Source: Lachnospiraceae bacterium
Lineage (GTDB): Bacteria; Bacillota; Clostridia; Lachnospirales; Lachnospiraceae
NCBI GenBank assembly: GCA_016288705.1
Contig: JAEELB010000031.1
Coordinates: forward strand, 1-42,458
DNA: 42,458 bases
Direction: 5' to 3'
Numbering within the stretch: position 1 is the stretch's first letter; the number at the start of each line of letters is the position of its first letter. Shown here piece after piece: positions 1-8,394 of this stretch. A program made the translations under genes and the position numbers. A model generated the notes under the pieces. The model was not told the DNA's origin, ran no database searches, and saw only the letters and a list, made by a program, of their open reading frames with translations.

Positions 1-603
1 CAGGCAGTTATTCGCCCCTCTGCCGGACACGAAGGCCTCGGTATTGTCGATGAGCCTCTTTTTCTGTCTCTCGTAGCCCACCAGATCCTTCAGTTTCACG
101 TCAATGGTTCCCCTTATGGGGGCGATATTGAGTTCCTCCCCCGACCCATCGAGCCTGAAGGCGCGGTAAAGGGCGTACTGGCCTGCGCCTCTCCTACCGA
201 AAAATGAGGACAGAAGCCCTTCCATCTCCTCGGGGCTTTCAGCCTTAATGAGCTTTGACGAGAGGCTGCTCACCTCCCCTGCGGTCTCATTGTCGTAAGC
301 CGTCATCCTGAGTTCGGGAGGCCGGAATTCCTTTGCATAATCCGGGAGTCTCAGGCCTTCCTGCAGAAGTTCCTTTATTATCCCCAGGTCGTGCACTGCT
401 GCCGCCCTGAAGCTTCCGGGATCTCCGCCCGCCTCCAGGGAAAGGGAATAAGGATTTTCATCGGACAGCAGCCTGTCGGTGAGGTACGAAGCGGCAATGT
501 TCCCGCTCAGGCCTTTCTCCGCGCACTCCCTCAGCATCACCGAAACCTCCGGCAGGGTGTCCGGGTCTATCCCGGAAAAAACCGCAAATCTGTTATTGTT
601 CAA
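1..603 (-). CDS. DUF815-family AAA+ ATPase, partial. The N-terminal ~200 aa are present; the rest lies beyond the window start.
   Basis: Minus-strand reading frame is open from a TTG at ~603 to the window edge. An AAGGAGG ribosome-binding site lies 6 nt upstream. The translation '...DLVGYERQKKRLIDNTEAFVSGRGANNCL' matches the conserved pre-Walker motif of PF05673/DUF815 ATPases. It is absent from the ORF track because it is truncated. Confidence 0.55.
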   Translation of the reverse strand, partial: MNNNRFAVFSGIDPDTLPEVSVMLRECAEKGLSGNIAASYLTDRLLSDENPYSLSLEAGGDPGSFRAAAVHDLGIIKELLQEGLRLPDYAKEFRPPELRMTAYDNETAGEVSSLSSKLIKAESPEEMEGLLSSFFGRRGAGQYALYRAFRLDGSGEELNIAPIRGTIDVKLKDLVGYERQKKRLIDNTEAFVSGRGANNCL

Positions 604-689
604 AGCATTCCTCCTTAAGGTCCCCCTTCGGCAGGGTTCCGGCGTTATTTACACATATGCATATTCGGATCACAACAGTTCGTTGGAAT

Positions 690-3095
690 TCAATCCCGAG
701 ACTCTCCGGTCTTAAGCGTCTCATAGATCGCCGAGATCAGCTCCTCCTGCAGGAAAGGCTTGGGGACATGGGCGTTCATCCCCGCATCCAGAGCCTTCTG
801 CACATCGGATTCAAAGGCGTTTGCAGTGGCCGCTATTATCGGTATCCCGGAATGGGCGGGATCAGGGAGGGCCCTGATCCTCCTTGCGGCCTCCAACCCG
901 TCCATGACGGGCATTGTCACATCCATGAGGATCAGATCTATGCTGCCGGGATCCGACTTCCTCACTGCTTCCACGGCGCTGACGCCGTTATCCGCAGTCA
1001 GCACGGTAAATCCGTATTTCTTCAGGACCCTGTCTGCCAGCATGAGGTTCACGTCAGAATCATCCACCACCAGAACCGTGGTCCCGCTGTAATCACGGCT
1101 AAGGGCGTCATTTTCCTCTCCGTCCAGGGCATTCTCACCGGCTTCTTCCTTTGCCGGGCTGAAGGGAAGCCGCACCACGAATTCCGTTCCCTTTCCCTGC
1201 TCGGTCTTCAGATCGACAGTCCCCTGCATCTGGTTCACGATCCTCTGTATTATGGCCATTCCGAGTCCGGTCCCCTGGATACCGTTTACGGTCTCCGTTT
1301 TTTCACGGGAATAGGCGTCCCAGATATGTTTGCTGAATTCCTCGGACATGCCGATGCCCGTATCCCTGACCCTTATCTCATAGGTGATCTTCTCACCCTT
1401 TGACAGAAGCCTGCCGCCCAGGTAAACGCTGCCACCCTTCGGTGTGAATTTGCAGGCGTTTGACAAAAGGTTCAGCACCACCTGCCTCACTCTCAGCTTG
1501 TCGCATTCCACCGTATCGTCGCCGGTTTCATCCACATCCACGTCAAACTTAAGGCCGGCCTCGTCAATATTTACCCGGACCATGTCCGCGCATTCCAGCA
1601 GCAGGGCTTTTATTTTCACGGGAGCCTGTACCAGTTCCATCTTCCCGCTCTCTATGCGGCTCATATCCAGAATGTCGTTTATCAGGTTCAGCAGATGGTC
1701 GCCTGCCGCCGTTATCTTTTCAAGATAATCCGAAAGGGCTTCCCTGTTGTCGATCTCTTCCATGGCAAGCCTGGAAAAGCCGGTGATGGCGCTCATGGGC
1801 GTCCTGATATCGTGGGACATGTTGGAGAAGAACTCGGTCTTTGCCTTATTCGCCCTTTTGGCCTCCGTAATGGCTTTGAGGAGCAGCTTCTGCCTGTCCT
1901 CAAGCTCCTTTTTCTGCGATGCGATGAGCCTGTCGTCATCCATCTTCTGGGCGGTCAGATCGTCGATCACGGAAGCCGTGACCAGCAGTCTGTCCACGGT
2001 ATTATTTCCCTTCTCAAGGACGTGATAGCCCACCCTGATCCAGAGGTTTTTCTCGTCATCCCTGTACACGAATTCCCTCTGATCCCCGTCTCCGAAGGCT
2101 TCCGATCTGACGGACCGGACCCGGCCGAACAGGCTTCTCTCCTCATCGCTGACATCCTGGAGTTTTGAAGAGATGTAGGTGAGCATTTCACTTATGCCAG
2201 CGTTCTCATCAAGGTCCAGTATGCCGTCCTGCTTTACGATCTTCAATGTATCGCTGACAAAATCGGCCAGATAGATGCACCTGTACATCTCGGAAAGAGT
2301 GGCTATGATCTGATTGTCCAGCTTGATATGGCCAAGCTCGGTCTCGGAAATGAGGGTGGCTGAGCCGAAAGCCCTGACAGGATTTCCCTTTTCGTCAAAC
2401 TCGGTGGTATATTTTACCCGGAAGGGGACCCGGCCCACGGTAAGCGGAATATCCGCCTCCAGTTCCGGCGCTCCCTCGTCGATCTTCCGCATCATGTCGC
2501 GGTACATATCGGCGTAATCCGCCGGGAATATGCCCATCTCTATGGCGGGCTCCGGATAATTCTCCACAACCGCGGGGAGCCCCAGATCCCTCATGCAGCG
2601 GTAGCACGGCCGCATCTCCTTGGTATCCACGAAGTACTCCCAGTTGTAGATATTTATCTGCTCGCTGGCCTGTTTGTATCTGTACTCTATGTCCTCAAGG
2701 GTTTCGCTGGCTCTCTTCTCATTTGTGATATTCCTGATCCCCTCGTAGATCACCACTCCCTCCGGAGTCTCTTCCACCGGGAGCAGCCTGCTCCTGAGGC
2801 AGACGGAGTCAAAGCCGCAGCAGTCGGAAAAGGTCTTCCTCCAGGTCTCGACCTCCTGGGCCTCGCCTGTTTCCGCGCATTTCCTCACCGCCTTCTCAAA
2901 GGTCTTCAGGTTATGATCGTCAAAGGATCTGTGGATATCAGCTTCCAGGAACTCTTTTTCGGGCACATTCATCCACATTTCAGGGAGAAAGCCCTTATTT
3001 ATCTCCAGGACCCTTATCTCTCCGTCCCTGAAGGACAGCATCGCCGCCGGTTCCGAATACCTGTTATTTATGATGTCGTGATTACCCATGCCCAT
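690..3095 (-). CDS. Hybrid sensor histidine kinase/response regulator. Cytoplasmic, with PAS-like N-terminal region, HisKA, HATPase_c and a C-terminal REC domain.
   Basis: 801 aa ORF. H-box 'FFSNMSHDIRTPM', G-box 'VRDTGIGM', and receiver 'VLVVDDSDVNLML...LILMDVTMPVMDG'. No TM segment is evident. Confidence 0.85.
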   Translation of the reverse strand: MGMGNHDIINNRYSEPAAMLSFRDGEIRVLEINKGFLPEMWMNVPEKEFLEADIHRSFDDHNLKTFEKAVRKCAETGEAQEVETWRKTFSDCCGFDSVCLRSRLLPVEETPEGVVIYEGIRNITNEKRASETLEDIEYRYKQASEQINIYNWEYFVDTKEMRPCYRCMRDLGLPAVVENYPEPAIEMGIFPADYADMYRDMMRKIDEGAPELEADIPLTVGRVPFRVKYTTEFDEKGNPVRAFGSATLISETELGHIKLDNQIIATLSEMYRCIYLADFVSDTLKIVKQDGILDLDENAGISEMLTYISSKLQDVSDEERSLFGRVRSVRSEAFGDGDQREFVYRDDEKNLWIRVGYHVLEKGNNTVDRLLVTASVIDDLTAQKMDDDRLIASQKKELEDRQKLLLKAITEAKRANKAKTEFFSNMSHDIRTPMSAITGFSRLAMEEIDNREALSDYLEKITAAGDHLLNLINDILDMSRIESGKMELVQAPVKIKALLLECADMVRVNIDEAGLKFDVDVDETGDDTVECDKLRVRQVVLNLLSNACKFTPKGGSVYLGGRLLSKGEKITYEIRVRDTGIGMSEEFSKHIWDAYSREKTETVNGIQGTGLGMAIIQRIVNQMQGTVDLKTEQGKGTEFVVRLPFSPAKEEAGENALDGEENDALSRDYSGTTVLVVDDSDVNLMLADRVLKKYGFTVLTADNGVSAVEAVRKSDPGSIDLILMDVTMPVMDGLEAARRIRALPDPAHSGIPIIAATANAFESDVQKALDAGMNAHVPKPFLQEELISAIYETLKTGESRD

Positions 3096-3143
3096 TCTCC
3101 CGTATCCAACCCGTCTCAGATCCCGCTTTCCGAAAACAGCTCC

Positions 3144-4271
3144 TCAATAACATCCCAGGACCTTCATGCTCCTGACCTCATCCCTGAGTCCGGTGAGGGC
3201 GTTTCTGACAGCGGGTTCCGTAAGTTTTCCTTCAAAGTCTATGAAGAACCTGTACTCCCAGTTCCTGTCGGGAATAGGTCTGCTCTCGATATTCGTGAGG
3301 TTCAAGGAGTTGTACATGAAGTAGGACAGTATCCTGTAGAGAGACCCGGGGGTATGCGGCACTTCAAGGCACAGGCTGATCTTCCCGGCGCCCGCCATGT
3401 ATTCCCTCTTCCCGCTTATTATCACGAACCGGGTCTCGTTCTTTTCCTCCTGATTCACTCCCTCCATCAGGATCTCCAGTCCGTACTCCCTTGCAGCCCC
3501 CTTACCGGCTATGGCCGCCTTTGTCCTGTCGCCGTCCTCCTTCACCTTCCGGGCGGCGAAGGCGTTGTTCAGCATCTCCCTCCTGTTCCATTCCGGGTGA
3601 CTGTCCAGAAACGCCGCGGACTGCATAAGGGACTGGGGATGCGAATAAACCGTCCTGATATCCGTAAGTCCTGTCCCGGGAAGCGCCATAAGGCAATGCC
3701 TTATGGGGATCACCACCTCGGACACGATATAAAGGTCGTAAAATGAAAGCAGATCATAGGTCTGGGACACTATGCCTGCGGTGGTGTTCTCTATGGGCAG
3801 TATCCCGTAGTCCGCAGTGCCCTCCTGAAGGGCGTCCATCACATTCCTGAAGTTCCTCACTCCGAAGCACTCCGCATTTTCCCCGAAGAAGGCGGTAAGG
3901 GCTTCGTGGGAATAAGCGCCCCTGTCTCCCTGGAACACGATCCTGGGAGCCCCCTGTCTGATATCTCCGGTCTCCGTAAAGGAATGGGGGGACAATAAAC
4001 CCTTCTCCCCGAAAATGGTGTACTGCAGCTTCCTTGAAGTGCTCATAAGGAGTCCCGCCAACTCTGCAAGCCCGTTCTGCGTGAGTTCATCAGTGCCGGC
4101 GGACATGAAGTTCCTTTTCTTTTCCGTTTCCCTGTCCCTGTCGTAAATGCGGCCCTTCACGCCGCTCTTGTACTCCGCCACCTGACCGCAGAGATCCATC
4201 CTGCGCAGATACAGCCTCTGCAGTTCTTCATCCACGCTGTCCAGCTGCTCTCTCAGCTCCTTCAGATCCAT
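3144..4271 (-). CDS. pheA: Bifunctional chorismate mutase / prephenate dehydratase with a C-terminal ACT domain.
   Basis: CM helix motif 'LREQLDSVDEELQRLYLRRMDLCGQVAEYK', PDT domain, and ACT 'ISLCLEVPHTPGSLYRILSYF...ESRP'. Start reassigned to the ATG of 'MDLKELREQ', preceded by AAGAGGGAAAG; the track start at 4328 is an in-frame GTG. Confidence 0.85.
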   Translation of the reverse strand: MDLKELREQLDSVDEELQRLYLRRMDLCGQVAEYKSGVKGRIYDRDRETEKKRNFMSAGTDELTQNGLAELAGLLMSTSRKLQYTIFGEKGLLSPHSFTETGDIRQGAPRIVFQGDRGAYSHEALTAFFGENAECFGVRNFRNVMDALQEGTADYGILPIENTTAGIVSQTYDLLSFYDLYIVSEVVIPIRHCLMALPGTGLTDIRTVYSHPQSLMQSAAFLDSHPEWNRREMLNNAFAARKVKEDGDRTKAAIAGKGAAREYGLEILMEGVNQEEKNETRFVIISGKREYMAGAGKISLCLEVPHTPGSLYRILSYFMYNSLNLTNIESRPIPDRNWEYRFFIDFEGKLTEPAVRNALTGLRDEVRSMKVLGCY

Positions 4272-4380
4272 CTTTCCCTCTTTTCGTTTCCCGGCGTATA
4301 TGATACAATGGTCACGTTGCAGAAGCACACTGATGCCGCAGACCGCTCACCGGTTCTCCCGGTCTGCGTGATCTGTATCT

Positions 4381-4386
4381 TATAAT
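4381..4386 (+). promoter_or_regulatory. Candidate -10 hexamer (TATAAT) for the DUF5050 gene. No convincing -35 element.
   Basis: Exact TATAAT lies ~55 nt upstream of the ATG at 4442, in the 170 nt divergent intergenic region shared with pheA. Confidence 0.25.
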
Positions 4387-4441
4387 TTTATACCAGAGAG
4401 CAGCCATTAGCAACAGGCCGCAGCGGTTAAGAGGTGTATTT

Positions 4442-5479
4442 ATGAAATCGGAAGTGCGCAGTCTGATCTTAGTCGGCATATCAGCGGTGATAGTCATAGG
4501 CCTGGTCATCTTTCTCAGGTCGAGAGGCGCACTGTCAGCCAAAAACCCTCCCGAAGCTCTGGGAAATACCCCCGGCAATCTTTACAACAAAGGGTATATG
4601 TGCGAGGATCCCGAAGGGATCGTCTTCTTCTCAAATCCGTACGATTCCGGCAGGCTCTACTCCATGAACAGGGACATGACCGATGTAAGGCGCCTGAACA
4701 CGAACAGCGTCTATTACATAAACGCTTACGGAAAGAGGATATACTACAGCCTCGTCACGGGAGACAGCGACGCGGGCGTCGGAATAGCGCTCCACTTCAA
4801 GGGCCTGTACACCTCGGACAGGAACGGAAAGAACGCCATATCCATTGTGGATGAGAACACCTTCAAGACCGCCCTTGTGGGAAATTACCTGATGGCCGAG
4901 ACCTACTCCGCCGCGGAAGCCCAGAAGCTTCTGAAACTGAAGATCGACAAATCCGAGACCATCGAGATGAAGGATCCCCGCATCGACCCCTGCGGCGTCG
5001 CTCCGGGAGCGATCTACCATCCCTCCACCTCGGACCTGTCTCTTTACAAGCTTGACGTGATGACGGGCGAAGACAGCCAGATGGCGCCGGTCAAGGTCTG
5101 GAAGCCCATCTATGACGGCGGGAGCATTTATTTCCTCTCTCCCGGGGACGATTACAGGATCGCTGCCCTCAGCACCGATGGCACATCCGTTCCGTTGACT
5201 GAGGAGGGATCCGACTGCTACAACATGCTGAACGGCACCATCTTCTACAACGTTATAAACGCCGACTCCCCCGCCCTCATGCGGAGGAATCAGGACGGCT
5301 CCACGGATATGATCTACGAAGGGAACTGCACGGACATACAGATGACGTCCACCTACACCTATTTCCGCGAATACGGAACGGACGTCCCCGTGTATGTGAC
5401 CCCCACCACCGGTCCTGTGAACGTACAGACTTTCGCGGCCGCCCAGGAAGCGGCTCTCAAATACATAAAAGAGAAATAA
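4442..5479 (+). CDS. Membrane-anchored DUF5050-like (beta-propeller repeat) protein.
   Basis: GAGGTG ribosome-binding site. N-terminal TM 'LILVGISAVIVIGLVIFL'. Repeated 'G.IYY/LY..' blades ('RLYSMNRD', 'KRIYYSLV', 'GLYTSDRNG', 'GSIYFLSP', 'GTIFYNV') are typical of DUF5050. Confidence 0.6.
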   Translation: MKSEVRSLILVGISAVIVIGLVIFLRSRGALSAKNPPEALGNTPGNLYNKGYMCEDPEGIVFFSNPYDSGRLYSMNRDMTDVRRLNTNSVYYINAYGKRIYYSLVTGDSDAGVGIALHFKGLYTSDRNGKNAISIVDENTFKTALVGNYLMAETYSAAEAQKLLKLKIDKSETIEMKDPRIDPCGVAPGAIYHPSTSDLSLYKLDVMTGEDSQMAPVKVWKPIYDGGSIYFLSPGDDYRIAALSTDGTSVPLTEEGSDCYNMLNGTIFYNVINADSPALMRRNQDGSTDMIYEGNCTDIQMTSTYTYFREYGTDVPVYVTPTTGPVNVQTFAAAQEAALKYIKEK

Positions 5480-5497
5480 CAGAAACGGAGGATACCA

Positions 5498-6418
5498 ATG
5501 GAACATCTGATGAACCCTCTCGACCTCAGCGTGGAAGAGATGGACAAAATGTTCGACCTTGCTACGGACATCGAACATAACCCCGAAAAATACAGACATA
5601 TCTGTGACGGGAAGAGGATAGCCACCTGCTTTTACGAACCCAGCACAAGGACCAGGCTTTCCTTTGAAAGCGCCATGCTGAACCTGGGAGGACAGGTCAT
5701 AGGTTTCCCGGACGGAGGCGTGTCCAGCGCGGCGAAAGGCGAGTCTGTAGCCGACACCATAAGGGTCGTATCCTGTTTCGCGGATATCTGCGCCATGAGG
5801 CATCCCAAGGAGGGCGCCCCCTATGTGGCGGCGGAGCATTCCTCCATTCCCGTCATCAACGCCGGCGACGGAGGACACCAGCATCCCACCCAGACCCTGA
5901 CGGATCTTTTGACCATCAGATCCATGCAGGGAAGGCTTGACAATTTCACCATCGGCGTGTGCGGCGACCTGAAGTTCGGACGCACCACCCACTCCCTGGT
6001 GAACGCCCTTGCCAGATACGAAGGAGTGAAGTTCATCTTCATTTCCCCTCCGGAACTCAGGATACCGGACTATATCACGGAAATGCTGGAGACAAAAGGA
6101 ATAGAGTTTTCGGAGGTGATCCGCCTGGAAGACCGAATTTCGGAGCTGGACGTGCTCTACATGACCAGGGTGCAGAGGGAGAGGTTCTTCAATGAAGACG
6201 ATTATGTAAGGCTGAAGGATTTCTACATCCTGACCACCGAAAAGCTTAAAAGCGCAAAGGAGTCCATGCTGATCCTCCATCCCCTCCCCAGGGTAAATGA
6301 GATCGCAGTGGATGTGGATTCGGATCCCAGAGCCGCTTATTTCAAACAGGTACAGTACGGAGTGTACGTGAGGATGGCGCTCATCCTCACGCTTTTGGGC
6401 CTCGCGCCGGAGGTATGA
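5498..6418 (+). CDS. pyrB: Aspartate carbamoyltransferase, catalytic subunit.
   Basis: Motifs '[12 protein letters not shown]', 'HPTQ', 'HPLP'. Ribosome-binding site GGAGG. Confidence 0.95.
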   Translation: MEHLMNPLDLSVEEMDKMFDLATDIEHNPEKYRHICDGKRIATCFYEPSTRTRLSFESAMLNLGGQVIGFPDGGVSSAAKGESVADTIRVVSCFADICAMRHPKEGAPYVAAEHSSIPVINAGDGGHQHPTQTLTDLLTIRSMQGRLDNFTIGVCGDLKFGRTTHSLVNALARYEGVKFIFISPPELRIPDYITEMLETKGIEFSEVIRLEDRISELDVLYMTRVQRERFFNEDDYVRLKDFYILTTEKLKSAKESMLILHPLPRVNEIAVDVDSDPRAAYFKQVQYGVYVRMALILTLLGLAPEV

Positions 6419-6419
6419 G

Positions 6420-6851
6420 ATGCTTAATGTAGGAAAGATAGAAGAAGGCTTTGTAATAGACCACATCGCTGCGGGAAAGTCAATGCAGATCTACGATCAT
6501 CTGGGACTCGGCAAGCTGGACTGCAGCGTGGCGATAATCAAAAACGCCCGCAGCGTCAAGATGGGAAAGAAAGACATAATAAAGGTGGAATGCCCCATAG
6601 ACACCCTTAACCTGGACATCCTCCCCATCCTGGACAGGAACATAAACATCAACGTGATAAAGGACGGGGAGATCGTGGAGAAGCGCCATCTGGCCCTTCC
6701 CAGGGAGATAAAGAACGTCCTTAAATGCAGAAATCCCCGCTGTATCTCATCGATAGAGCAGGGACTCACTCATGTATTCTATCTTGCGGACGAGGAAAAT
6801 GAGATCTATCGCTGCCGCTACTGCGAGGAGAAATTCTCCGAGAGCGACTGA
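6420..6851 (+). CDS. pyrI: Aspartate carbamoyltransferase, regulatory subunit.
   Basis: Starts 2 nt after the pyrB stop, with a GGAGG site inside the pyrB 3' end. C-terminal Zn-binding Cys cluster 'CRNPRC...CRYC'. Confidence 0.9.
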   Translation: MLNVGKIEEGFVIDHIAAGKSMQIYDHLGLGKLDCSVAIIKNARSVKMGKKDIIKVECPIDTLNLDILPILDRNININVIKDGEIVEKRHLALPREIKNVLKCRNPRCISSIEQGLTHVFYLADEENEIYRCRYCEEKFSESD

Positions 6852-6861
6852 AGGAAGCGGT

Positions 6862-7491
6862 TCACCCCGGGTTTCTCCCCAGGAGGCACTGCTCGTACAT
6901 ATCCTGTTCCATGGTCTCCAGGCCGTTTGCGTAGAGCTTCAGCATATTCTTTACGTCGTCGGGGACGTCGTCTCCCCGCCAGTTCTTGTAGCAGATCCTG
7001 TGTTCCATGCTGGCCCAGAGGTCCATGGATAAGGTCCTTATCTGAAGCTCAACGGGGTAGAATCTGTTCTCGCTCATCCTGTACACGGGCACGTTCAGGA
7101 CCAGGTGATAGCTCTTATATCCGTTTGACTTGGGATTCTTTACGTAATCCGTCTCCTTTATCACCTTTACATCCTGCTGTTTCTTCAGGTCTTTTACCAC
7201 CGTGTATATATCCTGTTCAAAATACACAATGATCCTGATGCCCGCTATATCCGTAAGACACTCCCCTGCGGAACTGCCGCTGACGCTCCTCCCCTTGTTC
7301 ATCAGTTTTCTGATGATGCTCCCACGGGATTTGATCCTCTGCTGCATGCTGTGAATGGGATAATTCCTGCTGAGAGTCCTGTACTCCCGGTCCATGCCGT
7401 TAAGCCTCAGAGTGACAAAGGCAAGAGCCTCCTCATAAGGCTTGATGAGGGCGTCATATTCTTCCTGAGTGATGTTCTCGTCTTCAATCAT
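6862..7491 (-). CDS. Small alarmone synthetase (RelA/SpoT-domain GTP pyrophosphokinase, RelQ/YjbM/YwaC type).
   Basis: 209 aa single-domain protein with 'DIAGIRIIVYF', 'YKSYHLV', 'ELQIRT' synthetase motifs. Start ATG lies 6 nt after the stop of the upstream 298 aa gene. It is convergent with pyrI, with only 10 nt between the two stops. Confidence 0.85.
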   Translation of the reverse strand: MIEDENITQEEYDALIKPYEEALAFVTLRLNGMDREYRTLSRNYPIHSMQQRIKSRGSIIRKLMNKGRSVSGSSAGECLTDIAGIRIIVYFEQDIYTVVKDLKKQQDVKVIKETDYVKNPKSNGYKSYHLVLNVPVYRMSENRFYPVELQIRTLSMDLWASMEHRICYKNWRGDDVPDDVKNMLKLYANGLETMEQDMYEQCLLGRNPG

Positions 7492-7497
7492 GAGTTT

Positions 7498-8394
7498 TCA
7501 ATTCCCCGATGTGATGATCTCAGCGATGACGGAATACTCTGTCCCGGCGGCTATCATATAAGTCCCGGTGGAAAGCTTTCTGTCGTATCCGTTGGCGCAG
7601 AGGTAACTGTCAAAATCCGAAGCGCTGTCTATAACCCCCGCAGACTGAAGTTTTCTCGCAATGACTGCAGAATCCTCTCCTCTGTTGATCTGCAGGGTGT
7701 AATTTCCTTTATTTCCGGAAGCGCCCGCATTGCCGGCGCCGGGATCTGCCGCTTTTCCGGCTTCGGGCGTCCTGTCCGCATCCGTCCCAGTCTTTACCGA
7801 AGATCCCTGATCCGAGGCCGCATCCTTTACACTGCTGTCTGAAGGCTTCTGCGGATCGGCAATACTCTGCGTTGCGCTCTCCGCAGGCTTCCGCGCGTCG
7901 GGAGCACCCTGCGATGCGCTTTCCCCGGGCTTCTGCAGATCGGAAGATCCCTGCGATGCGCTCTCCGCAGGCTTCTGCGCATCCGTAGCTGCAGGCGTCG
8001 TCACCGCGCCTTCCGGTGTCTTGCCGGCATCATCCGCCGTACCGGCTGCAGCGTCCGTTCCGGTGGCCCCTGCCGTCTTATCCGCTTCTGCTCCTGCAGC
8101 CTTTTCCGTCTCCGATCCGGCTGCTACTGCAGCCTCTTTTACCGTCTCCGTTCCGGCTGCTTCCGCGGCCTCTTTTACCGTCTCCGTTCCGGCTGCGCTC
8201 TCTCCCCTGGCCGTATCTCCCGGTTCCGCAAGGCGGTCATCCGTGGCGGACAGCTCGTCCGGATCCAGCATCCCCAGCTCTCTCGCCCGGTTCTTCACAT
8301 CACGGTCGCTCATGGCGCTCCCGGTCAGTCCGCAGATCAGACCGGCTATAATGATACCCGTGCCGAGGCCTCTCAGATAATATCTTATTTTCAT
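7498..8394 (-). CDS. Membrane-anchored, low-complexity (Ala/Thr/Glu/Pro-rich) repeat protein with a C-terminal MltG/YceG-N-terminal-like module but no catalytic domain.
   Basis: N-terminal TM 'GLGTGIIIAGLICGL'. Tandem peptide repeats 'TETVKEAAEAAG' x2 and 'QKPxESASQG' x3. The C-terminal 'LQINRGEDSAVIARKLQSAGVIDSASDFDSYL...LSTGTYMIAAGTEYSVIAEIITSG' fits the I.rG.s..ia.kL...gvI.s...F..yl...l..GtY pattern at the start of MltG-family proteins. 4 nt overlap with the upstream gene. Confidence 0.6.
   Translation of the reverse strand: MKIRYYLRGLGTGIIIAGLICGLTGSAMSDRDVKNRARELGMLDPDELSATDDRLAEPGDTARGESAAGTETVKEAAEAAGTETVKEAAVAAGSETEKAAGAEADKTAGATGTDAAAGTADDAGKTPEGAVTTPAATDAQKPAESASQGSSDLQKPGESASQGAPDARKPAESATQSIADPQKPSDSSVKDAASDQGSSVKTGTDADRTPEAGKAADPGAGNAGASGNKGNYTLQINRGEDSAVIARKLQSAGVIDSASDFDSYLCANGYDRKLSTGTYMIAAGTEYSVIAEIITSGN
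7860..8205 (-). repeat. Intragenic tandem DNA repeats: ~45-60 nt units x3 and a 39 nt unit x2, encoding the low-complexity linker of the 298 aa protein.
   Basis: Visible reiteration of 'ctgcgatgcgctctccgcaggcttctgcg...' and of 'gcctcttttaccgtctccgttccggctgc'. Confidence 0.7.

Noticed and set aside
4272-4441. pheA upstream region considered for a T-box or Phe-leader attenuator.
   Set aside because: It is only ~170 nt and shared with a divergent promoter. No specifier-loop/T-box (AGGGUGGNACCGCG) or Phe-codon-rich leader peptide is present.
4631-6466. 611 aa minus-strand ORF spanning the DUF5050 and pyrB genes.
   Set aside because: It is antisense to pyrB, which has unmistakable ATCase motifs and a ribosome-binding site. 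Long antisense ORFs are expected at ~55% GC, and it has no ribosome-binding site or recognisable domains.
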